Assembly (NCBI GenBank): GCA_040376695.1
Contig: JBEIQD010000002.1
Location: forward strand, 114,436 to 178,435
DNA from: Candidatus Nomurabacteria bacterium
GTDB lineage: Bacteria; Patescibacteriota; Minisyncoccia; Phycocordibacterales; UBA5272
Reading direction: 5' to 3'
Length of the DNA stretch: 64,000 nucleotides
Below the pieces are notes generated by a model. That model saw only the letters and a program-made list of their open reading frames with translations, searched no databases and had not been told where the DNA came from. Below, piece after piece: positions 52,764 through 63,470 of this stretch. The position numbers and the translations under genes are program-made. Numbering within the stretch: position 1 is the stretch's first letter; the number at the start of each line of letters is the position of its first letter.

Positions 52764-54467
52764 ATGACAATTGTCTTTGATGATGCACTCCAAAACCATA
52801 GACTTGATGAACTTCGAAAGGACGAGGAGGAACAGCTCGTAAAGATTCTTTCTGATAAATATGGACTTCCTTATATTGATTTGCGCGGAATAGCTCCTGA
52901 ACCTGATGCCATGCAATTTGTGAAAGAAGAAGAGGCACGAGCTGCAGGATGCGTGCCTTTTAAGGTGGTTGGGCGGAAATTATACGTCGCCACCCTTTCC
53001 CCTTCTAATTCAAAATTAGAAGAACTCATTCGACCTATCGAAACTAGAGGGTCAGAAATTATTCTCTATCTTTGTTCTCACGCATCTCTTGAACATGTGC
53101 TTTCTCGTTACGCAGATTTAAACCAATCAACAAAAGTTGAAAGTGGAATGCTTGAACTAACCAAGGAAAAGATGGTTACGCTTATGGCAAGCTTCAGCAA
53201 CATTGACGAACTTCGTCAGCAATTCGACACTCTTTTAGGTTCACCAGTGCTCTATAAAACAACACGAGTAATAGAACTCATTGTCGCTGGAGCTCTTAAG
53301 TTTGATGCGTCAGACATTCACATTGAACCAGAGGAAGAGAAGGTTCGTTTGCGTTATCGTTTAAATGGTGTACTTGATGATATTGCTTTCTTTGACTTCA
53401 ACGCACTTAAAAATATTACGAGTCGATTGAAACTTCTTTCAGGACTTAAGCTCTCAACTACAGCAAATGCTCAAGACGGACGATTTAGTATTGATTTAGG
53501 AGATGTTGAAGTGGACGTTCGTGTATCTGTTGTTCCAGGGAACTATGGGGAATCATTCGTGATGCGTTTACTTGATCCACGGCATACTGTTTCTAACTTG
53601 GATAATATAGCCTTCCCTGCAAGGCTTCGTGAACTTGTTGAACGATCACTCGTTAAACCAAATGGTGTTATCTTAACCACTGGTCCAACGGGGTCTGGAA
53701 AAACAACTACGCTGTATGCGTTTTTGCATAAGGTATATAACCCTGAGGTAAAAATTATTACTATCGAAGATCCAATTGAATACCATTTTGAAGGCATTAC
53801 ACAAACTCAGGTGGAAGAAGAAAAAGGGTATACCTTTCTTTCTGGACTTCGAGCAGCGCTTCGCCAAGACCCTGACGTAATCATGGTGGGAGAAATTCGA
53901 GATGAAGATACCGCTAAGGTGGCGATTAATGCAGCACTCACAGGACACTTAGTGCTTTCAACACTTCACACCAATAACGCAGCCGGAACCATTCCGCGTT
54001 TGATAGACCTTGGTATTAATCCAAAAGTTATTGCGGGAGCTCTTTCTCTTGCTCTTGCTCAACGTCTTGTGCGAACACTGTGCCAAGAATGTAAAGTTGC
54101 GTACGAAACAACTGAAAAGGAGGCTCGTATCATTACTACTATTTTAGGTGATATGAAAATATCAGGTAAAGAAACTGAGATGATGGGACATGTTCCAGCT
54201 CTTACATATTCAATATTTAAACCAGTTGGATGTGCTAAGTGTGAAATGACAGGATACAAAGGACGTATCGGAATCTTTGAAGCAATTACTATGACGGAAG
54301 CTGTTGAAAAAACACTTATTACGAATCCAAGTGAGCGAGAAGTGCGTGCTGCGGCCAAGGATCAGGGAATCCCTACCCTTCGTGAAGATGCTATAATTAA
54401 GGTACTCGAAGGTATTACTTCACTTGACGAAGTATCCAGAGTGGTAGATCTTTATAGCGAAAGCTAA
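52764..54467 (+). CDS. pilB: type IV pilus assembly / type II secretion ATPase PilB/GspE
   Basis: N-terminal GSPII_E_N-like domain. Walker A TGPTGSGKTT. DVIMVGEIRD. LVLSTLHTN. C-terminal Cys tetrad. Confidence 0.9.
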   Translation: MTIVFDDALQNHRLDELRKDEEEQLVKILSDKYGLPYIDLRGIAPEPDAMQFVKEEEARAAGCVPFKVVGRKLYVATLSPSNSKLEELIRPIETRGSEIILYLCSHASLEHVLSRYADLNQSTKVESGMLELTKEKMVTLMASFSNIDELRQQFDTLLGSPVLYKTTRVIELIVAGALKFDASDIHIEPEEEKVRLRYRLNGVLDDIAFFDFNALKNITSRLKLLSGLKLSTTANAQDGRFSIDLGDVEVDVRVSVVPGNYGESFVMRLLDPRHTVSNLDNIAFPARLRELVERSLVKPNGVILTTGPTGSGKTTTLYAFLHKVYNPEVKIITIEDPIEYHFEGITQTQVEEEKGYTFLSGLRAALRQDPDVIMVGEIRDEDTAKVAINAALTGHLVLSTLHTNNAAGTIPRLIDLGINPKVIAGALSLALAQRLVRTLCQECKVAYETTEKEARIITTILGDMKISGKETEMMGHVPALTYSIFKPVGCAKCEMTGYKGRIGIFEAITMTEAVEKTLITNPSEREVRAAAKDQGIPTLREDAIIKVLEGITSLDEVSRVVDLYSES

Positions 54468-54731
54468 TCTCGGGAACGTAAAAACCCATATACCTCTAAG
54501 CAACCCCTTGGTGAAGAACATTCCTTCATAAGGATAGGCACAGAACGTAGCAAGTACGACCAGACCGTCCTCCGAATTAGAAAGTGAAAACTAGGTTTCC
54601 GATTGTTTAGAGATATATGGGTTCTGACAAAGATGAACTTGTACATTGCTGTACATAAGTTACCTACTTGCTAATTATAGCACATAAAAAACTTTTGTCA
54701 AATACCCTCCACCACCCTCAAAAAAGACCCT

Positions 54732-55715
54732 ATGTCTGACCCACATCAAAAAATTGAAATAGAAGAGACACGACACTTGGACAGCACCCTTCGCCCAGAC
54801 AGTTTTTCTGATTACATCGGACAAGAAACCATCAAGAAAAACCTCCATATACTCCTAACGGCAGCAAAAGAGCGAGGGGCTCCCCCTGAACACATTCTTC
54901 TATATGGTCCACCAGGTCTTGGAAAAACAACACTTGCTCATCTTATAGCAAAAGAGTTGAATGCTAATTTAAAATTATCGAGCGGCCCTGCAATTATGAA
55001 GGTTGGAGACCTTGCTGCAATACTCACCAACCTTACACCGGGAGATGTTTTGTTTATCGATGAAATACACCGACTCAATAAAATGATTGAAGAAGTTCTC
55101 TACCCTGCAATGGAGTCCGGGCAACTTGATATTGTAATTGGTAAAGGTCCTTCGGCGCGTACCATACAGCTCGATCTTCCTCCTTTCACACTTATTGGGG
55201 CGACAACACGCATTTCTCTTCTTTCCTCCCCTCTTCGTTCACGATTCTCAGGAGGTGTGCACAGACTTCAATATTATACAGAGGATGAAATTGCAACGAT
55301 TGTAAAAAATAGTGGAAAAATTTTAGGAGCTGATGTTCCACATGATGCAGCTTTTGAAATAGCAAAGCGCTCTCGCTTTACACCGCGTATTGCAAACTAT
55401 TACCTCAAGCGAGCTCGAGATTATGCTCAGGTACACAAAGCAAATATTGATCGTGACATTGTGGACGTTTCTCTTTCGTTACTTGAAATTGATCAGTTCG
55501 GACTTGGTATCGCTGAACGCATGGTGCTTGATTCGCTTATCAATACATTCAACGGCGGACCTGTTGGGTTAAACACCCTTGCCGCGGCAACAGGAGAAGA
55601 AATGGCAACTATTGAAGACGTGACCGAACCATACCTTCTTCAAATCGGTATGATTGAACGAACACCTCGTGGGAGAAAAGCGACAGACAAAGCACTTCTT
55701 CATTTTAAAAAATAA
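54732..55715 (+). CDS. ruvB: Holliday junction helicase RuvB
   Basis: GPPGLGKTTLA Walker A. Sensor motifs. Confidence 0.95.
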   Translation: MSDPHQKIEIEETRHLDSTLRPDSFSDYIGQETIKKNLHILLTAAKERGAPPEHILLYGPPGLGKTTLAHLIAKELNANLKLSSGPAIMKVGDLAAILTNLTPGDVLFIDEIHRLNKMIEEVLYPAMESGQLDIVIGKGPSARTIQLDLPPFTLIGATTRISLLSSPLRSRFSGGVHRLQYYTEDEIATIVKNSGKILGADVPHDAAFEIAKRSRFTPRIANYYLKRARDYAQVHKANIDRDIVDVSLSLLEIDQFGLGIAERMVLDSLINTFNGGPVGLNTLAAATGEEMATIEDVTEPYLLQIGMIERTPRGRKATDKALLHFKK

Positions 55716-55716
55716 T

Positions 55717-56211
55717 ATGTCTACGAGAATTTTAGGAATTGATCCTGGATTTGATCGGCTCGGTGTGTGTGTTTTAGAAAAAGAAGGAAGCGTTGAGACC
55801 CTCCTTTTTTCTACATGTATCGTAACTTCAAAAAAAGATTCCTTCGAGGCTCGTCTTGCGACCATTGCAACAGAACTCACTCTCATCCTTAAAAAATACA
55901 CCCCGACAGAACTTGCGATTGAGAAACTTTTCTTAGCCAATAACCAACGTACCGTGATGAATGTTTCTGAAGCGCGTGGGGTACTGCTCTACATATGTCA
56001 CATTAACGGGCTTTCGGTTCATGAGTATTCTCCACCACAAATAAAAGTGGCGGTTACTGGGTACGGCAAAGCAACAAAAAACGATATTGCTCTCATGGTT
56101 CCGAAAATACTTAAGACCCCTCTTGCTGTGAATCTTTTAGATGACGAACTAGATGCTATTGCTATTGCTTTAACACATAGCGCTCATAGAAAAATGAACA
56201 GTTGGAAATAG
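55717..56211 (+). CDS. ruvC: crossover junction endodeoxyribonuclease RuvC
   Basis: MSTRILGIDPGFDRLG... Confidence 0.9.
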   Translation: MSTRILGIDPGFDRLGVCVLEKEGSVETLLFSTCIVTSKKDSFEARLATIATELTLILKKYTPTELAIEKLFLANNQRTVMNVSEARGVLLYICHINGLSVHEYSPPQIKVAVTGYGKATKNDIALMVPKILKTPLAVNLLDDELDAIAIALTHSAHRKMNSWK

Positions 56212-56322
56212 TATTAAAATCTTTGTAAATTAGAGCTTTTTACAACCAACTCAGCAAGAAACCTCTAACCCTTGCAACCAAACCTGTGCTGTGGTATCTT
56301 TTTCAATACATTAAACAAAATT

Positions 56323-56499
56323 ATGCTTATTGATGAAGAAGAAGGAAAACCGGTTGGTGAGGTAAACCCAGATGCGCTTGAAGCTGTCTTTGAAGACGAC
56401 TCAGCAACAGATGAGGAGGTGTTTATTTTTGGAACAACGGAAGAAGAAGAAAACGAGGTTGATATCGCTTTCGAACCAAACCCAGAAAACTACTGGTAA
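56323..56499 (+). CDS. hypothetical small acidic protein
   Basis: 58 aa, highly acidic, followed by a terminator. Weak evidence. Confidence 0.25.
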   Translation: MLIDEEEGKPVGEVNPDALEAVFEDDSATDEEVFIFGTTEEEENEVDIAFEPNPENYW

Positions 56500-56505
56500 G
56501 AATAA

Positions 56506-56539
56506 GAAAAAGCCGTTGCTCTGCAACGGCTTTTTCTTT
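56506..56539. terminator. bidirectional hairpin terminator (also ends tyrS)
   Basis: aaaaagccgttgctctgcaacggctttttcttt. Confidence 0.75.
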
Positions 56540-57731
56540 AGGCAACTACAATTTTTATAAATCTCTTCTTTCCAATCTTAAGCGTTACATTGTAAGCTTT
56601 TACTTTTGCATCAGTCACCACCGCCCCTGACACATCAGCTACTGCCCCATCTTCTACCAGTCTCCTCCAGTCAGTTTTAGACGTTACTACCGCTCCCTCT
56701 ATAAGAACATCCGCAAGATCTTTATCTCCGGTCGTTACTATTTCCGGAATAGTATCTGGCACTCCACCTTTTGAAAAGGTTTCAATCCAAGAATTTTTTG
56801 CAAGGGACGCTTGTTTCTCATCGTGGTACATCGTAACTATTTCTGTTGCGAGTCTCATTTTAATATCGCGAGGATTTGCTCCGCCAGCTAATTCTTTTTC
56901 GATGTCCGTGATTTCTGCAAGCGAAAGATCTGTACAGAGAGTAAAGTATTTAACAACCAACTCATCACGAACTGACATTAATTTACCAAACATATCAAAC
57001 GGCTCATCAACGATAGTAATTACGTTTTCCCAGCTTGTTGACATCTTGCGTCCATCTGTTCCTTCAAGCATCGTACCTACCATAATGTGCTGCTTAGGCA
57101 TATCAAAATATTCCTGCATAATTCTACCTGCCTTTACGTTAAAAAGCTGATCGAAACCCCCTAGTTCAACATCTGATTTTATTTCGACTGAATCATACCC
57201 TTGCATCATTGGGTACAAAAATTCACGAAGTGAGATTTCTTTCCCTGCGTCATAACGCTCTTTAAAATTTCTTCGAGCCAACATTTGCTGCACAGTGAAG
57301 CAATCCATCATTTTTACCACATCACTAAAGGAAAGCTTTGAGAGCCAATCGTTGTTGTACACAAACTCAGTCTTACTGATATCAATAATTTTCCCAATCT
57401 GATTTTTGTAGTCCTTAATATTTTCATCAATTTGAGCACGGGTAAGCATTGGACGCTTTTCTGTTTTATCTGACGCGTCTCCAATCTGAGCAGTAAAATC
57501 CCCCACTACAAGTACCGCTTGATGTCCCATTCTTTGGAGTTCTCGAAGTTTACGAAGTGGAATTGCGCGACCAAGGTGAATCTTTGGACCAGTAGGATCG
57601 ATACCCAACTTTACACGCAATACCCTCCCAGACATAAGGTCTTTCTTAAATTCTTCCTTTACGAAAATATCTTCCACCCCTCGAGAGAGAAGTTCATCAA
57701 TCTTTGCTTCGTCAACTAGTACTTTGTCCAT
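56538..57731 (-). CDS. tyrS: tyrosyl-tRNA synthetase
   Basis: GIDPTGPKIHLGRAIPL (HIGH region). KMSTS. C-terminal S4-like domain. Confidence 0.8.
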   Translation of the reverse strand: MDKVLVDEAKIDELLSRGVEDIFVKEEFKKDLMSGRVLRVKLGIDPTGPKIHLGRAIPLRKLRELQRMGHQAVLVVGDFTAQIGDASDKTEKRPMLTRAQIDENIKDYKNQIGKIIDISKTEFVYNNDWLSKLSFSDVVKMMDCFTVQQMLARRNFKERYDAGKEISLREFLYPMMQGYDSVEIKSDVELGGFDQLFNVKAGRIMQEYFDMPKQHIMVGTMLEGTDGRKMSTSWENVITIVDEPFDMFGKLMSVRDELVVKYFTLCTDLSLAEITDIEKELAGGANPRDIKMRLATEIVTMYHDEKQASLAKNSWIETFSKGGVPDTIPEIVTTGDKDLADVLIEGAVVTSKTDWRRLVEDGAVADVSGAVVTDAKVKAYNVTLKIGKKRFIKIVVA

Positions 57732-57767
57732 CCCCTTATATTATCATAGGTATGCTACTATTATGAA

Positions 57768-59972
57768 ATGACCACAAACGTAGAAATGCGCAAGAAAAAG
57801 GCGCAAAAGAAACTGTTAAAGGAAGCTTTTTTTGTAATAACTTCTCTTGGAGTTATTGTTGTCGCCCTCATGATCGGGTGGGTTGCAACACTTCAGTTAC
57901 CTGACTTTAATAACTTTGAAAATAGATCAATCGCCAATTCAACAAAAATTTATGATCGTACTGGGAAAATAGTACTTTATAACATTCACGACAACGTGCG
58001 GCGTACAGAGGTTGCTATTGCTGATATTAGTCCTTATATCCAGCAAGCAACAATCTCTATTGAAGATGCTCACTTCTACGAACACAACGGGTTCCGCCCA
58101 ACTTCTTTTATTCGCGCAGCTATCGCAAACGTGCTCAGTGGAGGATACTCTCAAGGTGGATCAACTATCGACCAACAGGTTGTTAAAAATGCTCTTCTTA
58201 CTCGAGAAAAAACTATTTCTCGAAAAATGAAAGAAATTGTTCTCTCTCTTAAACTAGACCGCGAAGTTCCTAAGGATATTATTCTTCAAATTTATTTAAA
58301 TGAAAGCCCTTATGGAGGAACTCTCTATGGGGTTGAGGAGGCGTCTCTAGCTTTCTTTAATAAACATGCAAAAGACATAACGCTTACTGAGGCTGCTTAT
58401 TTAGCCGCCCTTCCACAATCTCCAACGTATTATTCTCCGTATGGTAAAAACCGAGAAGCCCTGGAGAAACGTAAAAACCTTGTACTCGAAAGAATGTTCG
58501 AGCTTGGATATATCACCGAGGCTCAAAAAAATGACTCACAGGTAGAATCTGTCGTATTTGAGCGTGATGTTTCTAATACTGGTAAAGCTCTTCACTTTGT
58601 TATGTATATTCGTGAATACCTAGAGCAACAATATGGGGATGACGCTATACAAAATGGTGGACTTAAAGTTGTTACAACAATTGATTACGAACTTCAAAAA
58701 AATCTTGAAGAAATTGTAAAAGTGGGAGCATTGGAAAATGCTAAGAAATACAAAGCAACCAACGCAGCAGCTGTTGCAATAGATCCACGTAACGGACAAA
58801 TACTTGCTATGGTTGGTTCTCGAGACTTCTTTGATACAGAAATTCCTGGACAATACAATATTGCGTTAGCTGAAAGACAGCCAGGTTCTTCATTTAAACC
58901 TATCGTCTATGCTGCGGCTTTTGAAAGAGGATACACCCCTGAAACAGTTCTCTTTGATGTACCAACACAATTCAGCACAGCTTGTGATGCGTATGGTAAC
59001 CCTCGTGGAAACGCAGCAGCAACTTCATGTTATATGCCTGGAAACTATGATGAACTGTTCCGTGGACCTATTTCGCTTCGTGATGCGCTCGCTCAATCAC
59101 TTAACGTTCCGGCTGTTAAGCTTCTCTATCTTACTGGATTAAACAATGCGGTACGTTTAGCTCAACTTATGGGACTCTCTACTATTCAAGATCCTGCGCG
59201 ATATGGACTTTCTCTTGTTCTTGGAGGTGGTGAAGTCACTCTTCTTGAACTTACAAACGCCTACGGGGTGTTCGCTAACAATGGTATTTATAATCCTCCA
59301 CAAGGAATACTAGAGGTGCGTGATGGAGATGATACTGTGCTTGAAAAGTTTACTAAAAAAGAAAAAGAAGTTCTTTCTGAATCCGTATCATCACTTATCT
59401 CAAGTGTGCTTTCAGACAATAGTGCAAAAATACCGGCCTATGGAGCAAACTCACCTCTTTTCTTTGGAGACAGACCTGTCGCCTCAAAGACTGGTACAAC
59501 AAACGATTACCGAGATGTGTGGGTTGTTGGGTACACTCCATCAGTTGTTGTTGGTATGTGGGGAGGAAATAACAATAACAGTCCAATTGATAAGAAGGTG
59601 GCTGGGTTTGTACTTGCCCCTATTTGGCATAAAGCTATGGTAGCAGCCATGGGAACCTCTAGTATTGAGTATTTCCCTAATCCTCTCCCTAACACTACTT
59701 CAAAACCGATTTTACATGGTGATTATTGTTCTGGAGGTCTTCACACAATATTGGCCTCTGTTATTAAAGATAACCCAGACGGACCTTACCCAACGAACCC
59801 AACAGGAGACTCACAATATTCTAACTGGGAGACAGCTGTACAAAACTGGGCATCTAAACATACAGTAGATTGTTCTTCATTTGGAGGATCAACCACAGGG
59901 TCAACAACACAATCAACATCAACAGACCCGAATGGTGGTGTAGAAATTCCTATCACTAATATTGGTCTTTAG
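57768..59972 (+). CDS. penicillin-binding protein 1A (bifunctional transglycosylase/transpeptidase)
   Basis: GT51 motif IEDAHFYEHNG. TPase motifs SSFKP, SxN and KTGT. N-terminal TM helix. Confidence 0.9.
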   Translation: MTTNVEMRKKKAQKKLLKEAFFVITSLGVIVVALMIGWVATLQLPDFNNFENRSIANSTKIYDRTGKIVLYNIHDNVRRTEVAIADISPYIQQATISIEDAHFYEHNGFRPTSFIRAAIANVLSGGYSQGGSTIDQQVVKNALLTREKTISRKMKEIVLSLKLDREVPKDIILQIYLNESPYGGTLYGVEEASLAFFNKHAKDITLTEAAYLAALPQSPTYYSPYGKNREALEKRKNLVLERMFELGYITEAQKNDSQVESVVFERDVSNTGKALHFVMYIREYLEQQYGDDAIQNGGLKVVTTIDYELQKNLEEIVKVGALENAKKYKATNAAAVAIDPRNGQILAMVGSRDFFDTEIPGQYNIALAERQPGSSFKPIVYAAAFERGYTPETVLFDVPTQFSTACDAYGNPRGNAAATSCYMPGNYDELFRGPISLRDALAQSLNVPAVKLLYLTGLNNAVRLAQLMGLSTIQDPARYGLSLVLGGGEVTLLELTNAYGVFANNGIYNPPQGILEVRDGDDTVLEKFTKKEKEVLSESVSSLISSVLSDNSAKIPAYGANSPLFFGDRPVASKTGTTNDYRDVWVVGYTPSVVVGMWGGNNNNSPIDKKVAGFVLAPIWHKAMVAAMGTSSIEYFPNPLPNTTSKPILHGDYCSGGLHTILASVIKDNPDGPYPTNPTGDSQYSNWETAVQNWASKHTVDCSSFGGSTTGSTTQSTSTDPNGGVEIPITNIGL

Positions 59973-60205
59973 TTTTGAAAGGTATAACCCAAAGACTCTA
60001 AAACTTCCTTACCTCCTTTTTGGAGGATGGCTGTTTTCTTAACAGACGATGTTGAGATTTGCACTTTCTTTTTTGAAATAGTTATTTCTGATTCAGAAAG
60101 AATAACGCCAGTGGTGTTTGTGATTGAAGTAATAACTTCTTGTTTTGTATTTTCTCTTTCCTTAATGTTTCGTATATATTTTGAAAATAAACCTTGCTCC
60201 ATATA

Positions 60206-61297
60206 TTAACGATTAAGTGGCATGAGAAGATATGTAAAACTAATATCTTTGTTACCTCGTATAAACATTGGACGATTAGCTGTACTAAACATACAAATAA
60301 TCGTTCCTCCTTCAATATGAGATAAAACATCTAAAAAGTATCTATTGTTATATTTCACCTCTATATCATCCCCCACTTTTTCCCCTGAGATAGTGTGAGT
60401 TACCTGGCCTACAGCTTCATTTCTACTATGAAAAGTTACTTTTCCTTCCGTGAATACACACTCAACTTGAGAATATTGTTCGTTAAAGAATGTTGTAAGC
60501 GTTAATGTCTTTTGAAGCTCCTCTTTAGCTAACGTGACGGTTGTAGTGAATTCCTTAGGGAACAGCTGCCTATAGTCAGGAAATTGACCAGTAACGGTAT
60601 GTATCGCTAGGGTTAGGTTTGATGTACTGAAAGATAAAATACTCTCATGTTGTGAAAGTGTAAATATTTCATCTTCTTCATTAAGAATCTGAAGTATATC
60701 TGCTATGTGTTTCTGTGGAATAAGAATAGAACATTCTAAGTCTGTAGTATTTTGTATTGTTTTTTCAGCTAATCGATATGAATCTGTTGCTACTGTATAA
60801 ATAAGATCATCTTTTGTATAAAGATACACGGAAGCAATTTCTGGTTTAATATCTGTGGTGGCTGCACAGAAAGAAACCTCTTTTAAAAGAGTATTTATAT
60901 TTTCTTTTGAAAGCGTTCCTATTGCTGCACCTTGAGCAGGAAGAGTTGGAAAATCCTCATATGGTGTTGTTTTAATCTCAACAACTCCTTTATCTGTTGT
61001 TATTGAAAAAACACCGTCCTCCACCTCACACACCAGAACTGTATCGAGTGATTGAAATGTAGAAAGAATTCTCAGGAACGCTTCTCCTTGTAAAATACAG
61101 TTTCCATTTACAAGACCTTTAACAGGGATACTCTTCTCACAAAATAATTCGAGATTTGTTGCTCGTAAAGTTAAAAGATGAGTATCTAACTCAATATGAA
61201 TATCTTGAAGGTAGTTTTGTGACTGCTGTTTACTACGAGCACGTGATACTTGTTGAACAGCTTTTATAAATACCTCTCCTCTGCATTCGAATTTCAT
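60206..61297 (-). CDS. dnaN: DNA polymerase III beta subunit (sliding clamp)
   Basis: 363 aa with a three-domain clamp pattern, directly downstream of dnaA. Confidence 0.85.
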   Translation of the reverse strand: MKFECRGEVFIKAVQQVSRARSKQQSQNYLQDIHIELDTHLLTLRATNLELFCEKSIPVKGLVNGNCILQGEAFLRILSTFQSLDTVLVCEVEDGVFSITTDKGVVEIKTTPYEDFPTLPAQGAAIGTLSKENINTLLKEVSFCAATTDIKPEIASVYLYTKDDLIYTVATDSYRLAEKTIQNTTDLECSILIPQKHIADILQILNEEDEIFTLSQHESILSFSTSNLTLAIHTVTGQFPDYRQLFPKEFTTTVTLAKEELQKTLTLTTFFNEQYSQVECVFTEGKVTFHSRNEAVGQVTHTISGEKVGDDIEVKYNNRYFLDVLSHIEGGTIICMFSTANRPMFIRGNKDISFTYLLMPLNR

Positions 61298-61554
61298 AGT
61301 ATCTAGTATATATATAATATGATATTAAGTATAGGTCTGTGGATGGTGTGGGAATGCTAAAAAAGCCTTATTTTATAAATATTTTTTAGGAATTTATAAT
61401 GTAGGTGTAGGTATATAATAAGAAAGTAGTTGTGGGTAGATAACGTGTAATTAAAAATAGTTGTTAATAAAGAGGGTGGTTATTACGAAGATATTAATCT
61501 GTTATCCACAACAATATCCACAACAGTGTAAAAAGAGACCTTAAAGGTCTCTTT
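61298..61554. promoter_or_regulatory. candidate oriC: AT-rich dnaA-dnaN intergenic region with DnaA boxes
   Basis: TTATCCACA at 61502-61510. ATATCCACA at 61514-61522. Degenerate TGTGGATGG at 61338-61346. AT-rich tract around 61305-61335. Confidence 0.5.
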
Positions 61555-61558
61555 TTAC
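61527..61558 (-). terminator. hairpin terminator at the end of dnaA
   Basis: aaaaagagacc-ttta-aggtctcttttt. Confidence 0.55.
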
Positions 61559-62892
61559 ACCAACATTGCACGAATATCTTCAATTTCTCTAGATAGTTGA
61601 GGGTTTTCTTTTAAAACACCTTTAATCTTTTCATAAGAATGAATTACTGTTGTATGATCTCTTCCCCCTAACCTGTCTCCAATCATAGGATATGAGATAT
61701 CAAAATCTTCTCGCAAGATATACATAACAATTTGACGAGGTTTAACAACATCTTTTCTTCTTGTTTTGTTGTAAATATATACATCAGGAATATGATAATA
61801 ATCAGCAATAAGTTTTACAATTTCTGGTATTGAAATACTTTTCTTTGCTCGAACATTATTTTTTAGAAGATTTTTTACATCAATTAATGTAATTGCTTGT
61901 TGTTTAACTTGAATATAACCAAGTATTGAAGTCATTACCCCCTCTAATTCCCGAATGTTACCCTGCACCGTTTCAGCAACATACTCTAAAACCTCATGAG
62001 GAATTTTTTCAGAATAATCTTTTGTTTTAGCCATTAAAATAGCAAGCCTTGATTCAACTGACGGAATATTTACATCTACAATCATTCCATGGTTGAAACG
62101 TGATCTAAGTCGATCTTCTAAGCCCACAATAAGATTTGGGTGTTTATCAGAAGAAAAGATTATTTGTTTATTCATTTCATAAAGAGAATTAAATAAATGG
62201 AACAATTCATCCTGAGTTCTTTCTTTTCCATTAATGAATTGGATGTCATCCATAATAAAAACGTCGTATTTTCTATACTTCTCTTTAAATGAATTAATTT
62301 TATTCATATTAGTCGCGTTCACATAATCCATATAGAACTTTTCAAGAGATGTATAAAACACCTTTCTTTCTGGATGTTTCTTTTTAACCGTGTTCCCTAT
62401 TGCTTGCATAAGGTGAGTCTTTCCAAGACCTGTATTTCCGTATACAAAGAAAGGGTTATATACAATACCTAATCCGTTTATAACAGCTTGAGAGCAAGCA
62501 TAAGCAACCTCATTGAAAGACCCAACGATAAACGTATCGAAGGTATAGCGAGGATTAAGCCCATCATCTTTGTTGATGTATAAATCTTGAAGAGGAAGAG
62601 GTTGCCCAGTGATCGCTATATGCTGAGCCTTCTTTTGAAGGTTTTCTGGTTTTACAACCGTAAAGACAATAGATCGAACACTTTCATGAATAGTGCGAAG
62701 AATGCGGAGGATAAATTTATGGTACTTTTGGTTGAGCCAGTCCTTAACGAATTCATTAGGAACACCAATAGTTACCTCACCGTCTTTGTAGTCGATAATA
62801 CGAGTGTTTTTAAACCACGTATTAAAGTTAACTCGAGAAAGTTCAATCTCAATCTGAGATAATGCACTGTTCCAGAGTTGTTGGTAATCCAT
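61555..62892 (-). CDS. dnaA: chromosomal replication initiator DnaA
   Basis: AAA+ motif GNTGLGKTHL. C-terminal DnaA-box-binding domain. Confidence 0.95.
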   Translation of the reverse strand: MDYQQLWNSALSQIEIELSRVNFNTWFKNTRIIDYKDGEVTIGVPNEFVKDWLNQKYHKFILRILRTIHESVRSIVFTVVKPENLQKKAQHIAITGQPLPLQDLYINKDDGLNPRYTFDTFIVGSFNEVAYACSQAVINGLGIVYNPFFVYGNTGLGKTHLMQAIGNTVKKKHPERKVFYTSLEKFYMDYVNATNMNKINSFKEKYRKYDVFIMDDIQFINGKERTQDELFHLFNSLYEMNKQIIFSSDKHPNLIVGLEDRLRSRFNHGMIVDVNIPSVESRLAILMAKTKDYSEKIPHEVLEYVAETVQGNIRELEGVMTSILGYIQVKQQAITLIDVKNLLKNNVRAKKSISIPEIVKLIADYYHIPDVYIYNKTRRKDVVKPRQIVMYILREDFDISYPMIGDRLGGRDHTTVIHSYEKIKGVLKENPQLSREIEDIRAMLV

Positions 62893-62954
62893 AGTAGAGT
62901 AGTATACACTCAGAAAATTTTGCTACAACTTGACGAGATAGAGATAAGTATACG

Positions 62955-62985
62955 CTTATTGATTTATCCGCCCCATTCGTGTAGA
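62955..62985 (+). promoter_or_regulatory. putative rpmH promoter
   Basis: TTGATT, a 17-nt spacer, then TAGAAT, just upstream of the rpmH ATG. Confidence 0.45.
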
Positions 62986-62992
62986 ATAGCGC

Positions 62993-63127
62993 CATGTCTA
63001 TTACATATAACCCAAAAAGGAAGAAGCGAGGAACAACCCACGGTTTTCTCGTTCGTATGGCGTCAAAAGGTGGACGTAGAGTAATTTCTCGTCGTCGATC
63101 AAATGGACGAAAGAAGCTTTCTGTCTA
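62993..63127 (+). CDS. rpmH: 50S ribosomal protein L34
   Basis: [44 protein letters not shown] (44 aa). It falls below the ORF-track length cutoff. Confidence 0.9.
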
Positions 63128-63136
63128 ATTATTTTT

Positions 63137-63460
63137 ATGCTTCCAAAGATGAAGCGGGTAACGGCAACTGATTTCAAGGGTACAAAAACGCGGCTCGTTT
63201 ATCGAGGTGCGTTTTTTGATCTTAGTGTTGCGCCGACAGGTTCATCCGAAGATATAACTAAATTTGCATGTGTGATAGCTAAAAAGCGTATCAAGCGAGC
63301 TGTCGACAGGAATAGAGCTAAGAGAAAAATATATACTCAACTCACCGGCATACAAACAAAGACCCCTCTTCTTGTATTCATTTACCCCACTAAACATATA
63401 CTTCAAGCCCCTTCTTTTTCAATCAAAGAGGAAATAAGTAAAGCATTTGCTACACTGTAA
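63137..63460 (+). CDS. rnpA: RNase P protein component
   Basis: 107 aa, basic, with conserved rpmH-rnpA synteny. Confidence 0.85.
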   Translation: MLPKMKRVTATDFKGTKTRLVYRGAFFDLSVAPTGSSEDITKFACVIAKKRIKRAVDRNRAKRKIYTQLTGIQTKTPLLVFIYPTKHILQAPSFSIKEEISKAFATL

Positions 63461-63470
63461 CAACAAAACT

